A DNA stretch of 64,000 nucleotides from Verrucomicrobiales bacterium (GCA_046075565.1 JBJTQJ010000040.1:25487-89486); one strand, 5' to 3'; counted from the first letter of the stretch, positions 1 through 10,929 are shown. Notes: generated by a model not told the origin, from the sequence alone. Numbers and translations: made by a program.

Positions 1-949
1 CCTTTCTTGGTTTCCCCCGGCGGTAAGTGCCGAAGTGCTCCGCATGTTGCCGGGCCACATCCTCCAACCATGGTTCATCACCCATGGCCATCCCTTCAGA
101 AAAGGCTCGCTGACGACGCAGGCCCCGCTGCCCGCCTTTGGGTATTTCTGCACCATCTGATGCCAACTGACGAAGAGAATGCTCTAATAGGGCTACATAG
201 CGGGCAACAGCATCAATCCCGTCAACCTCACCATTGGCGGCAAGTTGATGCAAGCGGCAAAGGCCCTTCCTCGCTTCCCTATCGCCTCGGGTAGCTGCGG
301 CCAATCCGCACCAACGATACTCCCGGGGATGGTTAGCCAGACCGGCACGAACGGGATTTAGATCGATATACAAGGCCATGCATTGAAGGGCCGGTCCATT
401 CTGCACGAGCACATTACGGAACCTCTCCATCCAAATGGTGCCTTGACGGTTCCTTCGCCGATTCAGCCATCGGCTGTATCGTTCCTTAACCTCCTTGGCC
501 CAGACGCTCACATCGCACATGCGGCGTTTTATGGAGTCGATGATCTTGGCTGCTTCGTCGGCCTGTCCCCCTTGACGGGCCTCGTCCACCCGGCGGCGGA
601 GACGAAACAACGAATCGCCTTGGTAAAAAGTTGCCAGATGCTTCCAAAAGGCCACTTCTCCTTGCGGGCCTTCAAAACGGGCTAGCCATCCGGATTTTTC
701 GGGGATTTCGAGCAGGGCATGGAAATGATTTCCCATGACGGCGTGAGTGAGAAGGCGAATGCCGAGGAAATCAGCCATCTTCTTCAACAGGCGGTCTAGC
801 GCCTCTTTCTCCACGTCGTCCCAGAATTTCAGCCCTTCGACCATGCGACTCATCACATGCTGGCATGCGGAATCGGCACCGGCCAGTGCCAAGATCCGCC
901 GTCGGGCGCCCGTCCCCCGTCGAAACCCCGGCGGAGGGCAACTATCCAT
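1..949 (-). mobile_element. REP-associated tyrosine transposase (RAYT, Y1 HUH family), 3' end truncated by window edge
   Basis: Manual translation; absent from the ORF track because no stop lies in the window. Motifs: HVMSR, HAVMGNHFH (HUH), GTIWMERF, LYIDLNPVRAGL (catalytic Tyr region), EYRWCG. Alternative ATG at 991. Confidence 0.85.
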
Positions 950-1020
950 CCGCGTCTTTGCATCCACCAGCCCAAGGGAAGGATCAAACATCCGGTATTC
1001 TCACCAAATCCTCCGAAAAT

Positions 1021-1047
1021 GTCAATTGTAATATGTCTGACATATTT
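1021..1047. repeat. Palindromic RAYT-adjacent element GTCAA-N4-AATATGTC-T-GACATATT
   Basis: 8-bp arms at 1030-1046; near-identical copy at 11652-11680. Confidence 0.7.
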
Positions 1048-1063
1048 ACTTAGTTGCGAAATG

Positions 1064-1089
1064 AGCGGCTCCCCGGGTGGGGAGCCGCT
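1064..1089 (-). terminator. Hairpin, probable terminator downstream of the 1098-2048 gene
   Basis: Perfect 11-bp stem AGCGGCTCCCC/GGGGAGCCGCT; weak U-tract. Confidence 0.55.
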
Positions 1090-1097
1090 GGGTTGGG

Positions 1098-2048
1098 TCA
1101 GCATTTCCAAACGAGGTCGGCTGTGATGCGGTATTCCATGAGGTTGTCCAGGTCGTTGGTGAGCGGTAACTCGAAAGCAGCGCCGAGTTCGATGCTGTCG
1201 GTGAGGATGTAGCAGAAGCCAGCAGCAACCGTCACGATATCCGCATTGTCAGTGGCATGGCTGGACCCGAGGTTGACGAGGTCGCCTCCCTCGAATTGGG
1301 CGACCGCAGGGACGGCTCGCCCAACCTGGTTGCTGAAGCGGCTTTCGCCCGATTCATCGTCAAGGACGTGGAACCAATTCACTTCGACCAAAGGCATGAA
1401 TTTCTCCGTAAGGGCATAGCTGAGATGCGCCGAGCCGAAACCGATGGTAGAGTCACCGTCGCTAAATGGGATGCGTGCACCGATGGAGTTGGCGAACTGC
1501 CAGTCACCGGCCATTTTGAGGTTATTGAGGATGATGTTGATCGCACCGTCGCCTTCTCCTTGCCAGACTTCGCTGTCACCGAGCGGGACTTCAACGGTAG
1601 CCGTGCCGCTCATGGCGTAACCTGCTTCAGGTCGAGCGAGCAGGACGTATTTCAAACCGGCCGCGGTGTTGGCGAATCCCTCGTCCGTGGCGAAAGTAGC
1701 GTCCGGGTTGAAATCGATATAGCCGTCCTTGGTTGCGACCAAGGACAGTTTGTCGTTAAAAGCGTATTCAGCCTGAATGGCATAAACTTGGAAATCACCG
1801 CCGACGGGAAGCTCACCAAGGGTGGTGGAAACTTTGTCGGGAAGGGATTGATACATGAAGATCGGATGAATATTCGTGCGTGGAATGGCCAAATCAAAAA
1901 GCGTAGGATTGGTAATCGGCCGGCGGGCGAGGGCGAATGGATCGCTGGGCGGCGGCGGCGGGACAGGAGTTTTTCCGGAGGCGGGTTCGCCGGCGAAAGC
2001 CGGGATGGCAAGCAGGGTGGCCAAGATGGCGAGGCTATTGGTATTCAT
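1098..2048 (-). CDS. Secreted, probable outer-membrane beta-barrel protein
   Basis: Signal peptide, alternating amphipathic strands, C-terminal strand YRITADLVWKC. Confidence 0.65.
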   Translation of the reverse strand: MNTNSLAILATLLAIPAFAGEPASGKTPVPPPPPSDPFALARRPITNPTLFDLAIPRTNIHPIFMYQSLPDKVSTTLGELPVGGDFQVYAIQAEYAFNDKLSLVATKDGYIDFNPDATFATDEGFANTAAGLKYVLLARPEAGYAMSGTATVEVPLGDSEVWQGEGDGAINIILNNLKMAGDWQFANSIGARIPFSDGDSTIGFGSAHLSYALTEKFMPLVEVNWFHVLDDESGESRFSNQVGRAVPAVAQFEGGDLVNLGSSHATDNADIVTVAAGFCYILTDSIELGAAFELPLTNDLDNLMEYRITADLVWKC

Positions 2049-2261
2049 TGTGTGGGGGATGGGCAGGTGGGTTCAGTCAGATACCGGATGCGACTATCCG
2101 CATCTGGATGAGGCAAGGCTCGCACCTGCGATTGGAAAAAGCTCCGCATGGTTTCCCGCAAACCACGCATATTTACGCGTGGAATTGGTGAAAAAAGAAA
2201 CCCGCACGGCGAAATAACCGTGCGGGGTGGAGAGTTCGGAATGAGCCGAAAGGCGGAGGAA

Positions 2262-3560
2262 TCAGGCTCCAATCAGCCGGAACTTCTCCTCCATGATTTC
2301 GTCGGCCAATAACCGGACGGCCTCGTGCCCGAAGCGCTCGAAGACCTCTTCCAGGAAGCCGCCGGTAATAAGTTTCCGCGCGGCCTTTTCGGGAATCCCG
2401 CGCGCCAGAAGGTAGAAGAGTTCCTCTTTCTCGATTTGCCCGGAGGTCGAGCCGTGGCTGCACTTTACCTGGTCGGCATTGATTTCCAAGCCAGGGAGTG
2501 AATTGGCCTCGGCTTCCGGTGTCATGAGCAGATTCCGGCAAGTCTGGTAGGCATCGGTGTGGTGGGCACCTTCTCCCACGATGATGAGGCCGGAGAAAAT
2601 TGTGCGGCTCTTGTCGAACAGCGCATTCTTATAGAGCAAGTCGCTGGTGGTGTTCCGGGCTTTGTGGAACTGGTAGGTGCGTTGGTCGAACTCCTGTTCA
2701 TCGCCGGGAATGCTGGCGGAAAGAAGATTCACGTTGGCGCCTTCCCCGGTCACATGGCTCACGCTTTCCGTCCGCACCCATTTTCCGCCGGTGTTGAGAA
2801 TAAAACTACGGGCATCCGAATCCCGCGCGGCGGTGGTATTGTTGATGAAGATCCCTTTGCTCTGTTGGTTCAATCGCTGGAAGCCCGCGTATTTGAGACG
2901 TCCGCCACCGCTAGCGACGAGGTCATTTACCCCGATGACAAAGGTCGCGTCATCATTGGTGGAGATCCAATGTTCCAGCACGACAACGTCCGCACCGGCT
3001 TCCGCGACCATAAGGGTGTGGGGAAAGTGGGCCGACAACTGACCATCGATGAAATGAACAATCTCGACGGGAGCTTGGGGAATGCAGTTACGGGCGGCGT
3101 GAATGAAGACACCTGCGGTAACATTCGCCTCGTGAAGGGCGGCGAACTTCTCCGAGCCGAGAGGCGTCTCGCTGGCCATGAAATGGGGCTCGATCAAATC
3201 CGGACATTTGCGCAAGGCCTCATCGAGCGGCAGCACGGTCAAACCGTCACGCGATCCGATTCCTTCGCTGGCGACGAGGCAGCCATTATGGAAAACGAGG
3301 CGGGCGGCGTGAGCTTCGAGCGAGTGGCTGGGAATGGCGACGGGGACAGTCGGTTCCGGTGCGGCGACATAGCCTGTGAGATCGGGTTGTTTGACGGAAC
3401 TGAATCGCCATTTCTCGTCGGTGCGGAGGGGAGACGGAGTGGAGAGAAATCGGTCCCAAGCGGCTTGGCGGCGTTGGAGGAACCATGCGGGGGCGCCATC
3501 AGGGGCGGGGACCGCGGATGCAAGGACCGAATTCATGCGGACGGCTGGATCTTGAAGCAA
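2262..3560 (-). CDS. sufD: Fe-S cluster assembly protein SufD
   Basis: DEKWRFS, SLPGLEINADQVKCSHG, LFYLLARGI; operon context. Confidence 0.93.
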   Translation of the reverse strand: MLQDPAVRMNSVLASAVPAPDGAPAWFLQRRQAAWDRFLSTPSPLRTDEKWRFSSVKQPDLTGYVAAPEPTVPVAIPSHSLEAHAARLVFHNGCLVASEGIGSRDGLTVLPLDEALRKCPDLIEPHFMASETPLGSEKFAALHEANVTAGVFIHAARNCIPQAPVEIVHFIDGQLSAHFPHTLMVAEAGADVVVLEHWISTNDDATFVIGVNDLVASGGGRLKYAGFQRLNQQSKGIFINNTTAARDSDARSFILNTGGKWVRTESVSHVTGEGANVNLLSASIPGDEQEFDQRTYQFHKARNTTSDLLYKNALFDKSRTIFSGLIIVGEGAHHTDAYQTCRNLLMTPEAEANSLPGLEINADQVKCSHGSTSGQIEKEELFYLLARGIPEKAARKLITGGFLEEVFERFGHEAVRLLADEIMEEKFRLIGA

Positions 3561-3591
3561 AGTGGTCGTGGGATGAGGTGGATGGGCAGGT

Positions 3592-5013
3592 TCAACCGAC
3601 GGACCCTTCCATTTCGAGTTCGATCAGGCGCTTGAGTTCAACGCTGTATTCCATGGGGAATTCGCGCACGAGGTCGTTGATGAATCCGTTGACGGAAAGG
3701 GACATGGCTTCGCCTTCGCTGAGGCCTCGCTGGCGCATGTAGAAGATTTGTTCTTCGCTCACCTGGCTAACACTGGCCTCGTGTTGGGTGGCATGTTGGT
3801 TGCCATTTACGGTGATGGCGGGGTAGGTGTCGGTTTGCGAGCTGGAGTTAATCAACAGGGCGTCGCATTCGGTATTGTTCTTGCAGCCCTTCAGGTGGCG
3901 GGGAATATGAACTTGGCCACGGTAGGTAGCGCGTCCGGTGCCCACGCTGATGGACTTTGACACGACATTCGAACTGGTCTCGTCCGCGGCGTGGATCATT
4001 TTTGCTCCGGTATCCTGATGCTGGCCGGTATTGGCGAGAGCGATAGAAATCACCTCTCCCCGAGCTTTGCGGCCTTTCATGACGACGCCAGGGTATTTCA
4101 TCGTCAAGCGGGAGCCGATGTTACAATCGATCCAGCGAACCTCGGCTTCCTCCATGGCGAGTCCACGCTTGGTCACCAGATTGAAGACATTTGAACTCCA
4201 GTTCTGCACGGTGATGTATTGGATCTTGGCGCCTTTCAGGGCGACCAGTTCGACGACGGCGCTGTGGAGAGTGGCCGTCTCGAATTTCGGGGCGGTGCAG
4301 CCTTCCATGTAGGTCACTTCGGAGCCTTCGTCGGCAATGATGAGCGTGCGCTCGAACTGGCCGAAGTTTTCCGAGTTGATGCGGAAGTAGGCTTGCAGCG
4401 GATGTTTCACCTTCACGCCCGGAGGGACGTAGATGAAACTTCCGCCGGAGAAAACGGCGCTGTTGAGGGCGGAGAATTTATTATCACCGGTCGGGATGAC
4501 CTTGCCAAACCATTTGCGGAAAATGTCAGCGTGCTCCTTCAAACCTTCGGTACTATTGACAAAGATGACACCCTGATCCGCGAGAGCGGTTTTGATATTT
4601 GAGTATGCGGCTTCGGAATCGTATTGGGCTTCGACGCCGGCGAGGAACTTCCTCTCCTGCTCGGGAATGCCGAGGCGTTCGAAGGTGTTCTTGATGTCTT
4701 CGGGCACCTCGTCCCAGCTCCGCTTCGGCTTTTCGCCGTCGGAAAGGTAGTAACGGATCGCGTCGAAATCGATATTCTCGAGATCGCGGGTCGCCCAGTG
4801 GGTGGGCATCAGTTTCTCGCGGAAAACCTTGAGGGCGCGGTGGCGGAATTCACGCACCCAATCGGGATCACTTTTGACATCGCAGATGTAATCGATGGTC
4901 TTATCCGTGAGACCGTAACCGGCGTTGAATTTGTGACGCTCCGGGAACTGGAAATTCCCGATGTCGTCCTTTTCGACCGCCAGTTGGGCGACCATGGTGG
5001 ATTCGTCGTACAT
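3592..5013 (-). CDS. sufB: Fe-S cluster assembly protein SufB
   Basis: [33 protein letters not shown]...MEGSVG. Confidence 0.97.
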   Translation of the reverse strand: MYDESTMVAQLAVEKDDIGNFQFPERHKFNAGYGLTDKTIDYICDVKSDPDWVREFRHRALKVFREKLMPTHWATRDLENIDFDAIRYYLSDGEKPKRSWDEVPEDIKNTFERLGIPEQERKFLAGVEAQYDSEAAYSNIKTALADQGVIFVNSTEGLKEHADIFRKWFGKVIPTGDNKFSALNSAVFSGGSFIYVPPGVKVKHPLQAYFRINSENFGQFERTLIIADEGSEVTYMEGCTAPKFETATLHSAVVELVALKGAKIQYITVQNWSSNVFNLVTKRGLAMEEAEVRWIDCNIGSRLTMKYPGVVMKGRKARGEVISIALANTGQHQDTGAKMIHAADETSSNVVSKSISVGTGRATYRGQVHIPRHLKGCKNNTECDALLINSSSQTDTYPAITVNGNQHATQHEASVSQVSEEQIFYMRQRGLSEGEAMSLSVNGFINDLVREFPMEYSVELKRLIELEMEGSVG

Positions 5014-5040
5014 GGCTGTGAGTATGTTTGGGGTGGAATC

Positions 5041-5781
5041 TCAGACGGCGGCGGTTTCGTAGCCTTTTTCCTCGAGTTCGAGGGCAAGTTCCTTGCCGCC
5101 GGTCTGGCGGATGCGGCCTTCATACATGACGTGTACTTTGTCCGGCACGATGTAATTGAGCAGACGCTGGTAGTGGGTGATGACGAGGAAGCCGCGATCA
5201 GGAGAACGCATGGCATTGACTCCGTTGGAGACAATGCGCAAAGCATCGATATCGAGGCCCGAATCGGTTTCGTCGAGCACGGCGAACTTCGGCTCCAGCA
5301 TCATCATCTGCAGGATCTCGTTGCGTTTCTTTTCACCGCCGGAGAAACCCTCGTTCACAGCCCGGGCGGTGAACTTTCGGTCCATTTCAAGCTGGTCCAT
5401 GCGCGCGTAGAGTTGTTTGTAGAAGGCGACGGCATCGATTTCTTCTCCTTGGGGGAGACGGGCCTGGAGGGCGGCGCGCAGGAAATTGGCATTGCTCACA
5501 CCGGGGATTTCGTGCGGGTATTGAAAGGCGAGGAAGAAACCGGCGCGGCTGCGCTGGTCGATTTCAAGATCGAGGAGGTTGACTCCATCCATGAGGACTT
5601 CTCCGTCGGTCACTTCATACCCCTCGTGCCCGGCGAGGACTTTGGCGAGGGTGCTTTTGCCGGAGCCGTTCGGGCCCATGATGGCATGGACTTCGCCAGC
5701 GGGCAGGACGAGGTCGAGGCCCTTGAGGATTTCCTGACCGTTGACGTTGGCGTGGAGGTTGCGGATGACTAGGCTGCTCAT
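5041..5781 (-). CDS. sufC: Fe-S cluster assembly ATPase SufC
   Basis: [30 protein letters not shown]. Confidence 0.97.
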   Translation of the reverse strand: MSSLVIRNLHANVNGQEILKGLDLVLPAGEVHAIMGPNGSGKSTLAKVLAGHEGYEVTDGEVLMDGVNLLDLEIDQRSRAGFFLAFQYPHEIPGVSNANFLRAALQARLPQGEEIDAVAFYKQLYARMDQLEMDRKFTARAVNEGFSGGEKKRNEILQMMMLEPKFAVLDETDSGLDIDALRIVSNGVNAMRSPDRGFLVITHYQRLLNYIVPDKVHVMYEGRIRQTGGKELALELEEKGYETAAV

Positions 5782-5821
5782 GATGTTAATTTGTGATTAT
5801 GTATTTGGTAGAGGGTCTGGT

Positions 5822-6268
5822 TTATTTGCGGCGGGCCGCGGCGAGGGTGCCTTTGAGGGAGATATCCGCGCGATTCACGCGGGCTCCGCGGGGCAGTTTG
5901 AAAATGCTGTGGAGATCGATGCCCTCGCGTAACTCGACGTCGAGCACTTCTCCTGTCGATTCGTCGTAGAAGTGGGCGTGTTCGCGAAGGTTTGGACAGA
6001 AGCGGGATGGGCCGCGTTCGATGTTCACCTGCCGGATGAGCCCGGCCTGGGCCAAGGTCTCAAGACAGTTGTATACCGTAGCCAACGAAATAGCCGGCAT
6101 GTGGGTTTGAGCACGAATGAAAAGCTCGGACGCGGTCGGGTGGTCGCGCGTCTCGATCAGCATCTGATAGACTTCCCGGCGCTGGCGCGTCCAGCGGAAA
6201 CCCTGCGGTCCTCCGGGCAACGGAGACTCGTTTGATGCGTTCGGCGTGATGGTTGGAGATGCTGGCAT
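5822..6268 (-). CDS. Fur-family transcriptional regulator (PerR/Irr-like)
   Basis: TRQRREV, DHPTA, SLATVYNCL, HAHF; lacks CxxC motifs; start chosen at ATG 6268. Confidence 0.9.
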   Translation of the reverse strand: MPASPTITPNASNESPLPGGPQGFRWTRQRREVYQMLIETRDHPTASELFIRAQTHMPAISLATVYNCLETLAQAGLIRQVNIERGPSRFCPNLREHAHFYDESTGEVLDVELREGIDLHSIFKLPRGARVNRADISLKGTLAAARRK

Positions 6269-6319
6269 GAAATCCTGGGTTGGCAAAGGCGCGTAACGTG
6301 CCGCAAGCCACCTTGGATT

Positions 6320-6334
6320 CAAGAATTATTCTAA
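6320..6334 (-). promoter_or_regulatory. Putative Per-box-like operator TTAGAATAATTCTTG
   Basis: 7-1-7 AT-rich imperfect palindrome about 50 bp upstream of the Fur-family gene. Confidence 0.55.
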
Positions 6335-8034
6335 TTTTTGTTCTTTTCCTCGCCTTCTTCCTGTCGCAGGGCTTCGTCGGCGGCCGCCCAGACGGAGGAG
6401 AGGGCAACGGCGGCGGCTTCGGTTCCCGCCCGGTCCCCGGTTTTTGAACGGGCATTCTGCAGCCCCCTCAGCGCCCAACCGGATTGGGGGCGTTCGCGCA
6501 CGGCTTGTTCCCAAGCGCGAACGGCGGTCGGAAAATCCCCCGCACGACCGAAAGTTGCGGCCATGGACTCGGCGGCTCCGCGCGGCCAGCGCGGAATGGC
6601 ACGGGATGCTCCCGAGATTTGTCGGCCGGTGGCTCTGCGCCACCACACGGCAGCCATGGTCCGGTCCCCGGAAAGGAATTTCTCCCCTGCTCGAAGGTCA
6701 TATTGCAGGAAATCCGCGAGCCGGAAAACCTCGGCGAATTGCGGTTCCATGCCCGCTTTTTTCGACTGTTCGACCAACTCGCCCAGTTGGGCGAAGGATG
6801 TCTCCAGTTTTTTCAGCACCTCTTTTGCCGATGCTGATTGGCCTGATTCCAGAGCGAGCTGGCCTTCGATGTAAAGACGCAGGCACTCCATGGAGCGGGC
6901 AAAAAATGGCGAGGAGGCAAGAATCGGGTGATCGATCGGAGGTAGACTGTGAATGGCCTGCCGCCATTCGCTGGCACGGGCGTGAACCCGCGCCTCCGCC
7001 GACAAGGAAAAAAAGCCGAACTCGCGGGTAGCGGAGGAGGGTGGGAGACCGCTTGGCAGATCGATCTGGCGGGCGGCACGAGCCAAGGCGAGGGCATCTT
7101 CTTTCCGGCCGGCTTCGACGAGCGCCATGGCCAGCATGTCGAGGTTGTCGAAATAAGTTGGCGCGGCGACGGGCGAAATACCCTCTTCGGCGAGGCTTTT
7201 TTCTTCGAACCGCCGGGCATCATCGAGAGCAGCAGCGGCGGCGGCAGCATCTCCGGAGCGGTAGAAAACCATCCCCGCGACCTGGCGAAAGTAGGCGGAT
7301 GGTGGCGAAAGAGCCAGCAGCAGGCGCGCTTGTCCGAGGGCTTCATCAGGACTCGGGCCGACGAGGGCGAGTTGGCACCAGGCGTGCAAGACGACCGGAT
7401 CCTCGGGATATTTTTCCAGATGAATGGCGAGCAGAGCCCGGGCAGCCTTTTGCCCGAGGTGGGGTTCGCCAGCGAGATCGTGACCGTCGCGTAGCATCAG
7501 GGGAAGCCAGACCTGGGCATTCCGGTCATCAGGGTGGGCTTTGCGGATGGCTTCAAGAGACTCGGCGAAAGCGCGGACGCCGCGCAAGTGAAGAGCGGCG
7601 AGCGCGTCCACCCACATCTGCTCGCGGGGATTGGTGCGGATGCGGAGAAGGTTGGCGCTTCGGTAACATTTCTCGCGCACCTCCTTTGCCTCGTCGCCTC
7701 TTTCAAGCAGGGCAAGGTAGAGGCCGACCCAAGCCATCGGGCAGGAATCGTCCTCGCGCAGAGCGGTTAAAAAATGCCGTGCCGCCTGGGGGCTGCGGAA
7801 AAGCTGCAGTTGGTAGAGCCCGCGGTTGGTGAGGTCGGCGGGGGAAGGCCCGGCGGCGGTCACTTCGAGGGAATATTCGGGCACCAGAGGCCCCCACTTT
7901 CCCGTCTTGATATTTTCCATGCCGCTGATGACCGGCAAGCCGTGCGGGCCCACCGCCTTGGCCTCGGGAGCGGCCCCTGCGAAGGGGATTGCGCTGCTTA
8001 GGAAGAGGAGAAAAATGAAAAATGCCACACGCAT
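6331..8034 (-). CDS. Secreted TPR-repeat protein
   Basis: Signal peptide MRVAFFIFLLF; helical repeats; CPMAWVGL, P.SGWAL.GL. Confidence 0.75.
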   Translation of the reverse strand: MRVAFFIFLLFLSSAIPFAGAAPEAKAVGPHGLPVISGMENIKTGKWGPLVPEYSLEVTAAGPSPADLTNRGLYQLQLFRSPQAARHFLTALREDDSCPMAWVGLYLALLERGDEAKEVREKCYRSANLLRIRTNPREQMWVDALAALHLRGVRAFAESLEAIRKAHPDDRNAQVWLPLMLRDGHDLAGEPHLGQKAARALLAIHLEKYPEDPVVLHAWCQLALVGPSPDEALGQARLLLALSPPSAYFRQVAGMVFYRSGDAAAAAAALDDARRFEEKSLAEEGISPVAAPTYFDNLDMLAMALVEAGRKEDALALARAARQIDLPSGLPPSSATREFGFFSLSAEARVHARASEWRQAIHSLPPIDHPILASSPFFARSMECLRLYIEGQLALESGQSASAKEVLKKLETSFAQLGELVEQSKKAGMEPQFAEVFRLADFLQYDLRAGEKFLSGDRTMAAVWWRRATGRQISGASRAIPRWPRGAAESMAATFGRAGDFPTAVRAWEQAVRERPQSGWALRGLQNARSKTGDRAGTEAAAVALSSVWAAADEALRQEEGEEKNKN

Positions 8035-8110
8035 GGCCCCATGGTGCCCGCCATGGCGGTTCCGCGCAACGGGGAATTGCGCCCGCGACGGGGCGGGGGT
8101 AGTTTCCGGC

Positions 8111-8953
8111 ATGTATCAACTCGCACTCATCGGCTGCGGAAAAATGGGCCAGGCTCTTTTGCGCGGCATTCTCCGCTCGGGCTTTTTGTCGGCATCCGAA
8201 ATCCTCGTCTGCGATGTCGCCCGCGAGCCCTTGGCCAAGCTGCTTGATGAAACCGGCGTGGCTTTCACCAACTCGCCGATGGAAGTCGCGGAAAAAGCCG
8301 CCGCCATTCTCGTGGCGGTGAAACCGAAGGACGTGTCCGCCCTTTTCCTGGACATGCCGCCGGGAAACATGGCCAGCAAACTTGTCCTTTCGGTGGCGGC
8401 GGGCGTCACCCTCGCCCAATTGGCCAACTACCTCCCGCGCGGGGCCCGCATCGTTCGCGTCATGCCGAACACGCCCGCGCTCGTGGGCAAAGGCGCGAGC
8501 GCGTATGCATGCGAGTCGGATGTGACCGCCGCGGATGTCGAATTTATTGAAAAGGTTTTCGGTTCCGTCGGGATCGTCCGGCGGGTCGAGGAAAAACTGC
8601 TCGATGCCGTCACTGGTCTCAGCGGCAGCGGTCCGGCCTATGTTTTCATGGTCATCGAGGCGCTCGCCGATGGCGGCGTGCATTGTGGTTTACCCCGGGC
8701 ATTGGCGCTTGAACTCGCCGCTGCTACCGTGGCGGGAGCAGCCGCCATGGTCTCGGAGAGCGGCGAACATCCGGCCGCCCTGCGCGATGCGGTGGCCAGT
8801 CCCGGTGGCACAACCATCGCTGGCATCGCCGCTCTCGAAGCGGATGGGCTCCGCAACGCGCTCATCCGCGCCGTCACCGCGGCCGCCCGCCGCAGCGCGG
8901 AAATGTCCCGCCCGGCCAATGGCCACGGGGCGGCGCGTCCGGAAGAAGCCTGA
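8111..8953 (+). CDS. proC: Pyrroline-5-carboxylate reductase
   Basis: IGCGKMG, VRVMPNTP, LSGSGPAY, SPGGTT. Confidence 0.96.
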   Translation: MYQLALIGCGKMGQALLRGILRSGFLSASEILVCDVAREPLAKLLDETGVAFTNSPMEVAEKAAAILVAVKPKDVSALFLDMPPGNMASKLVLSVAAGVTLAQLANYLPRGARIVRVMPNTPALVGKGASAYACESDVTAADVEFIEKVFGSVGIVRRVEEKLLDAVTGLSGSGPAYVFMVIEALADGGVHCGLPRALALELAAATVAGAAAMVSESGEHPAALRDAVASPGGTTIAGIAALEADGLRNALIRAVTAAARRSAEMSRPANGHGAARPEEA

Positions 8954-8971
8954 GCGGCGTTTGGTGTGCGC

Positions 8972-9472
8972 ATGTCCCGTCCCGCCCAATCCCGTGCCTT
9001 TCTCGTCGGCCTCGGCCTGCTCCTTGCTGTGATCGGCGGAGGATTCTGTTATTGGCTCGGAAGCAGTTATCTCCGCGTGAAGGCAGTGGATGCGTGGCCG
9101 GAACTGCGTTGCGTGATCCTGCGTTCCGAGGTCGAGGAATTCCTGCCCGTGCCGAATGTCGCCCCGCGTTACCGGGTGAAAATCGATTACTATTATGAAT
9201 ACAATGGACGCTCCTGGCATTCGGGGCGCGTGCGTTCCCGCGAACGCGCCACCGCTTTAAAGAACCGCGCCGAACAGTGGCAGGCGAAATACCCCACCGG
9301 CCGGGAGACGGTTTGTTTTGTCAATCCTGCCGATCCTTCCTTCGCCATTCTGGAGAAAGATTCAAAGGCCGTCATCTACACCATCTGGTTTCCCGGATTG
9401 TTCGTCGTCGGAGGCCTCGGCATGGCCTTGCAAGCCTTGCGGAAGAAGGGCGATGCTCCTCGCACAGCCTGA
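8972..9472 (+). CDS. DUF3592-like membrane protein
   Basis: Two TM helices flanking W...Y.Y.YNG...VNPADP. Confidence 0.7.
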   Translation: MSRPAQSRAFLVGLGLLLAVIGGGFCYWLGSSYLRVKAVDAWPELRCVILRSEVEEFLPVPNVAPRYRVKIDYYYEYNGRSWHSGRVRSRERATALKNRAEQWQAKYPTGRETVCFVNPADPSFAILEKDSKAVIYTIWFPGLFVVGGLGMALQALRKKGDAPRTA

Positions 9473-9479
9473 GGTCGCC

Positions 9480-10850
9480 TCAGCGTTTCGCCACCAGATC
9501 GTAGCCGCGCCAACCTTCGATGGTCACCGCGGCGAACTCGCCCACCGGCAACGACTCATCCACGAAGACCGTCCCATCGATCTCCGGCGCGTCCCACTCC
9601 GTGCGCGCCACGCCGGCTGATTCGACCAACACGCGCTGCCGCTGGCCGACTCTCTCCTCGTTGAGTTCGGAAGCGATCTTCTGCAATTCGGCCATGGCGC
9701 GGTTCCACCGGCTTTTGCGTGTCTGGTGGTGCAAGTGCCCGTCCATCTTGTAAGCTCGCGTGCCTTCTTCCTTCGAGTAGTTGAAGACACCCGCCCGCTC
9801 GAAACGGAATTCTCGGATGAAGCCGAGCAACTCCTGGAAATCATCTTCCGTTTCCCCGGGAAACCCGACAATAAAGGTGGTGCGGATTCCCAGCCCCGGA
9901 ATGCCCGAGCGCATCCGGCGGATCAAATCACGGATGTAATCCCCGCTCGTCTCGCGTTGCATGAGTTCCAGCATACGATCGGAAATGTGCTGCAAAGGGA
10001 TATCGACATACTTCGCCACCTTCTTGCTCTCCGCGATGGCCGCGATCAACTCGTCGCTCCAATGAGCCGGATGGGTGTAGAGCAAACGAACCCAGAAATC
10101 CCCCTCGATGGTATCCAATTCGCGGATCAAAGTCGCCAGTGATTCCCCTTTGCTCGAATCGACCGGCGAACGGGGACTCGGGCGCGCGTCTTGCCAGCGA
10201 TCCATGCCGAAATACGTCGTGTCTTGCGAGATCAAATTGATCTCCTTGCAACCGGCTTTGACCAATGCCCGCGCCTCGCGCACCACACTTTCCTGGGTGC
10301 GGCTGCGGTGCCGCCCCCGGATCTGAGGGATGATGCAGAATGTGCAGGGATGGTTACAGCCTTCCGCGATTTTAATGTAGGCGCTGTGCCTCGGCGTGAG
10401 CCGGAATCGCGGTGTGTCGTAATCGGGAATATATTTCGGCTGGCGTGTGACCAGATTCTCCGGCTCTTCTCTTTTGCTCCGGTCTTTCGCCACCAGACCT
10501 TCGATGATCGGCGCAACCTTGGTGATTTGATCCAGTCCGATAAACGCGTCCACTTCCGGCATCAACCCCGGCAACTCCTTGGAAAACCGTTGCGAGAGAC
10601 ATCCGGCTACGATGATTTTCTGGCGCGCCCGCTTTTTCGAGGAGGCCCGACCATCAACGGCTTCGCTAATCGCGCCGATGCTCTCCTGTTTCGCCATATC
10701 GATGAACGAGCAGGTATTTACAATGAGCACGTCGGCCAGCTCCGCTTCCGGGGTCATGATCATGCCCGCCTCTTGCAGGTGACCGACCATGATTTCGGAA
10801 TCGATGAGATTCTTTGCACAACCGAGGGAGATGAGACCGACACGGACCAT
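9480..10850 (-). CDS. rimO: Ribosomal protein S12 methylthiotransferase RimO
   Basis: SLGCAKNLIDSE, IAEGCNHPCTFCIIP, DAPEIDG. Confidence 0.96.
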   Translation of the reverse strand: MVRVGLISLGCAKNLIDSEIMVGHLQEAGMIMTPEAELADVLIVNTCSFIDMAKQESIGAISEAVDGRASSKKRARQKIIVAGCLSQRFSKELPGLMPEVDAFIGLDQITKVAPIIEGLVAKDRSKREEPENLVTRQPKYIPDYDTPRFRLTPRHSAYIKIAEGCNHPCTFCIIPQIRGRHRSRTQESVVREARALVKAGCKEINLISQDTTYFGMDRWQDARPSPRSPVDSSKGESLATLIRELDTIEGDFWVRLLYTHPAHWSDELIAAIAESKKVAKYVDIPLQHISDRMLELMQRETSGDYIRDLIRRMRSGIPGLGIRTTFIVGFPGETEDDFQELLGFIREFRFERAGVFNYSKEEGTRAYKMDGHLHHQTRKSRWNRAMAELQKIASELNEERVGQRQRVLVESAGVARTEWDAPEIDGTVFVDESLPVGEFAAVTIEGWRGYDLVAKR

Positions 10851-10929
10851 AAGGGCGCATATTATACATCCAATTGCCGGATGGGAAAGCAAAGCTTGAG
10901 CCCGACTCCGATTCGGGCGATACTTGCAT

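Noticed and set aside
7-1126. Short plus-strand ORFs at the window start
   Set aside because: Antisense to the RAYT frame, which carries the conserved motifs
2084-2108. Palindrome CCGGATGCG-N6-CGCATCTGG upstream of the barrel gene as a third iron box
   Set aside because: Spacing and sequence do not match the feoA-type motif well enough
2559-5772. Long plus-strand ORFs opposite sufD/B/C, and similar ORFs opposite glnS, patB and uvrA
   Set aside because: Typical high-GC antisense shadows with no recognisable motifs
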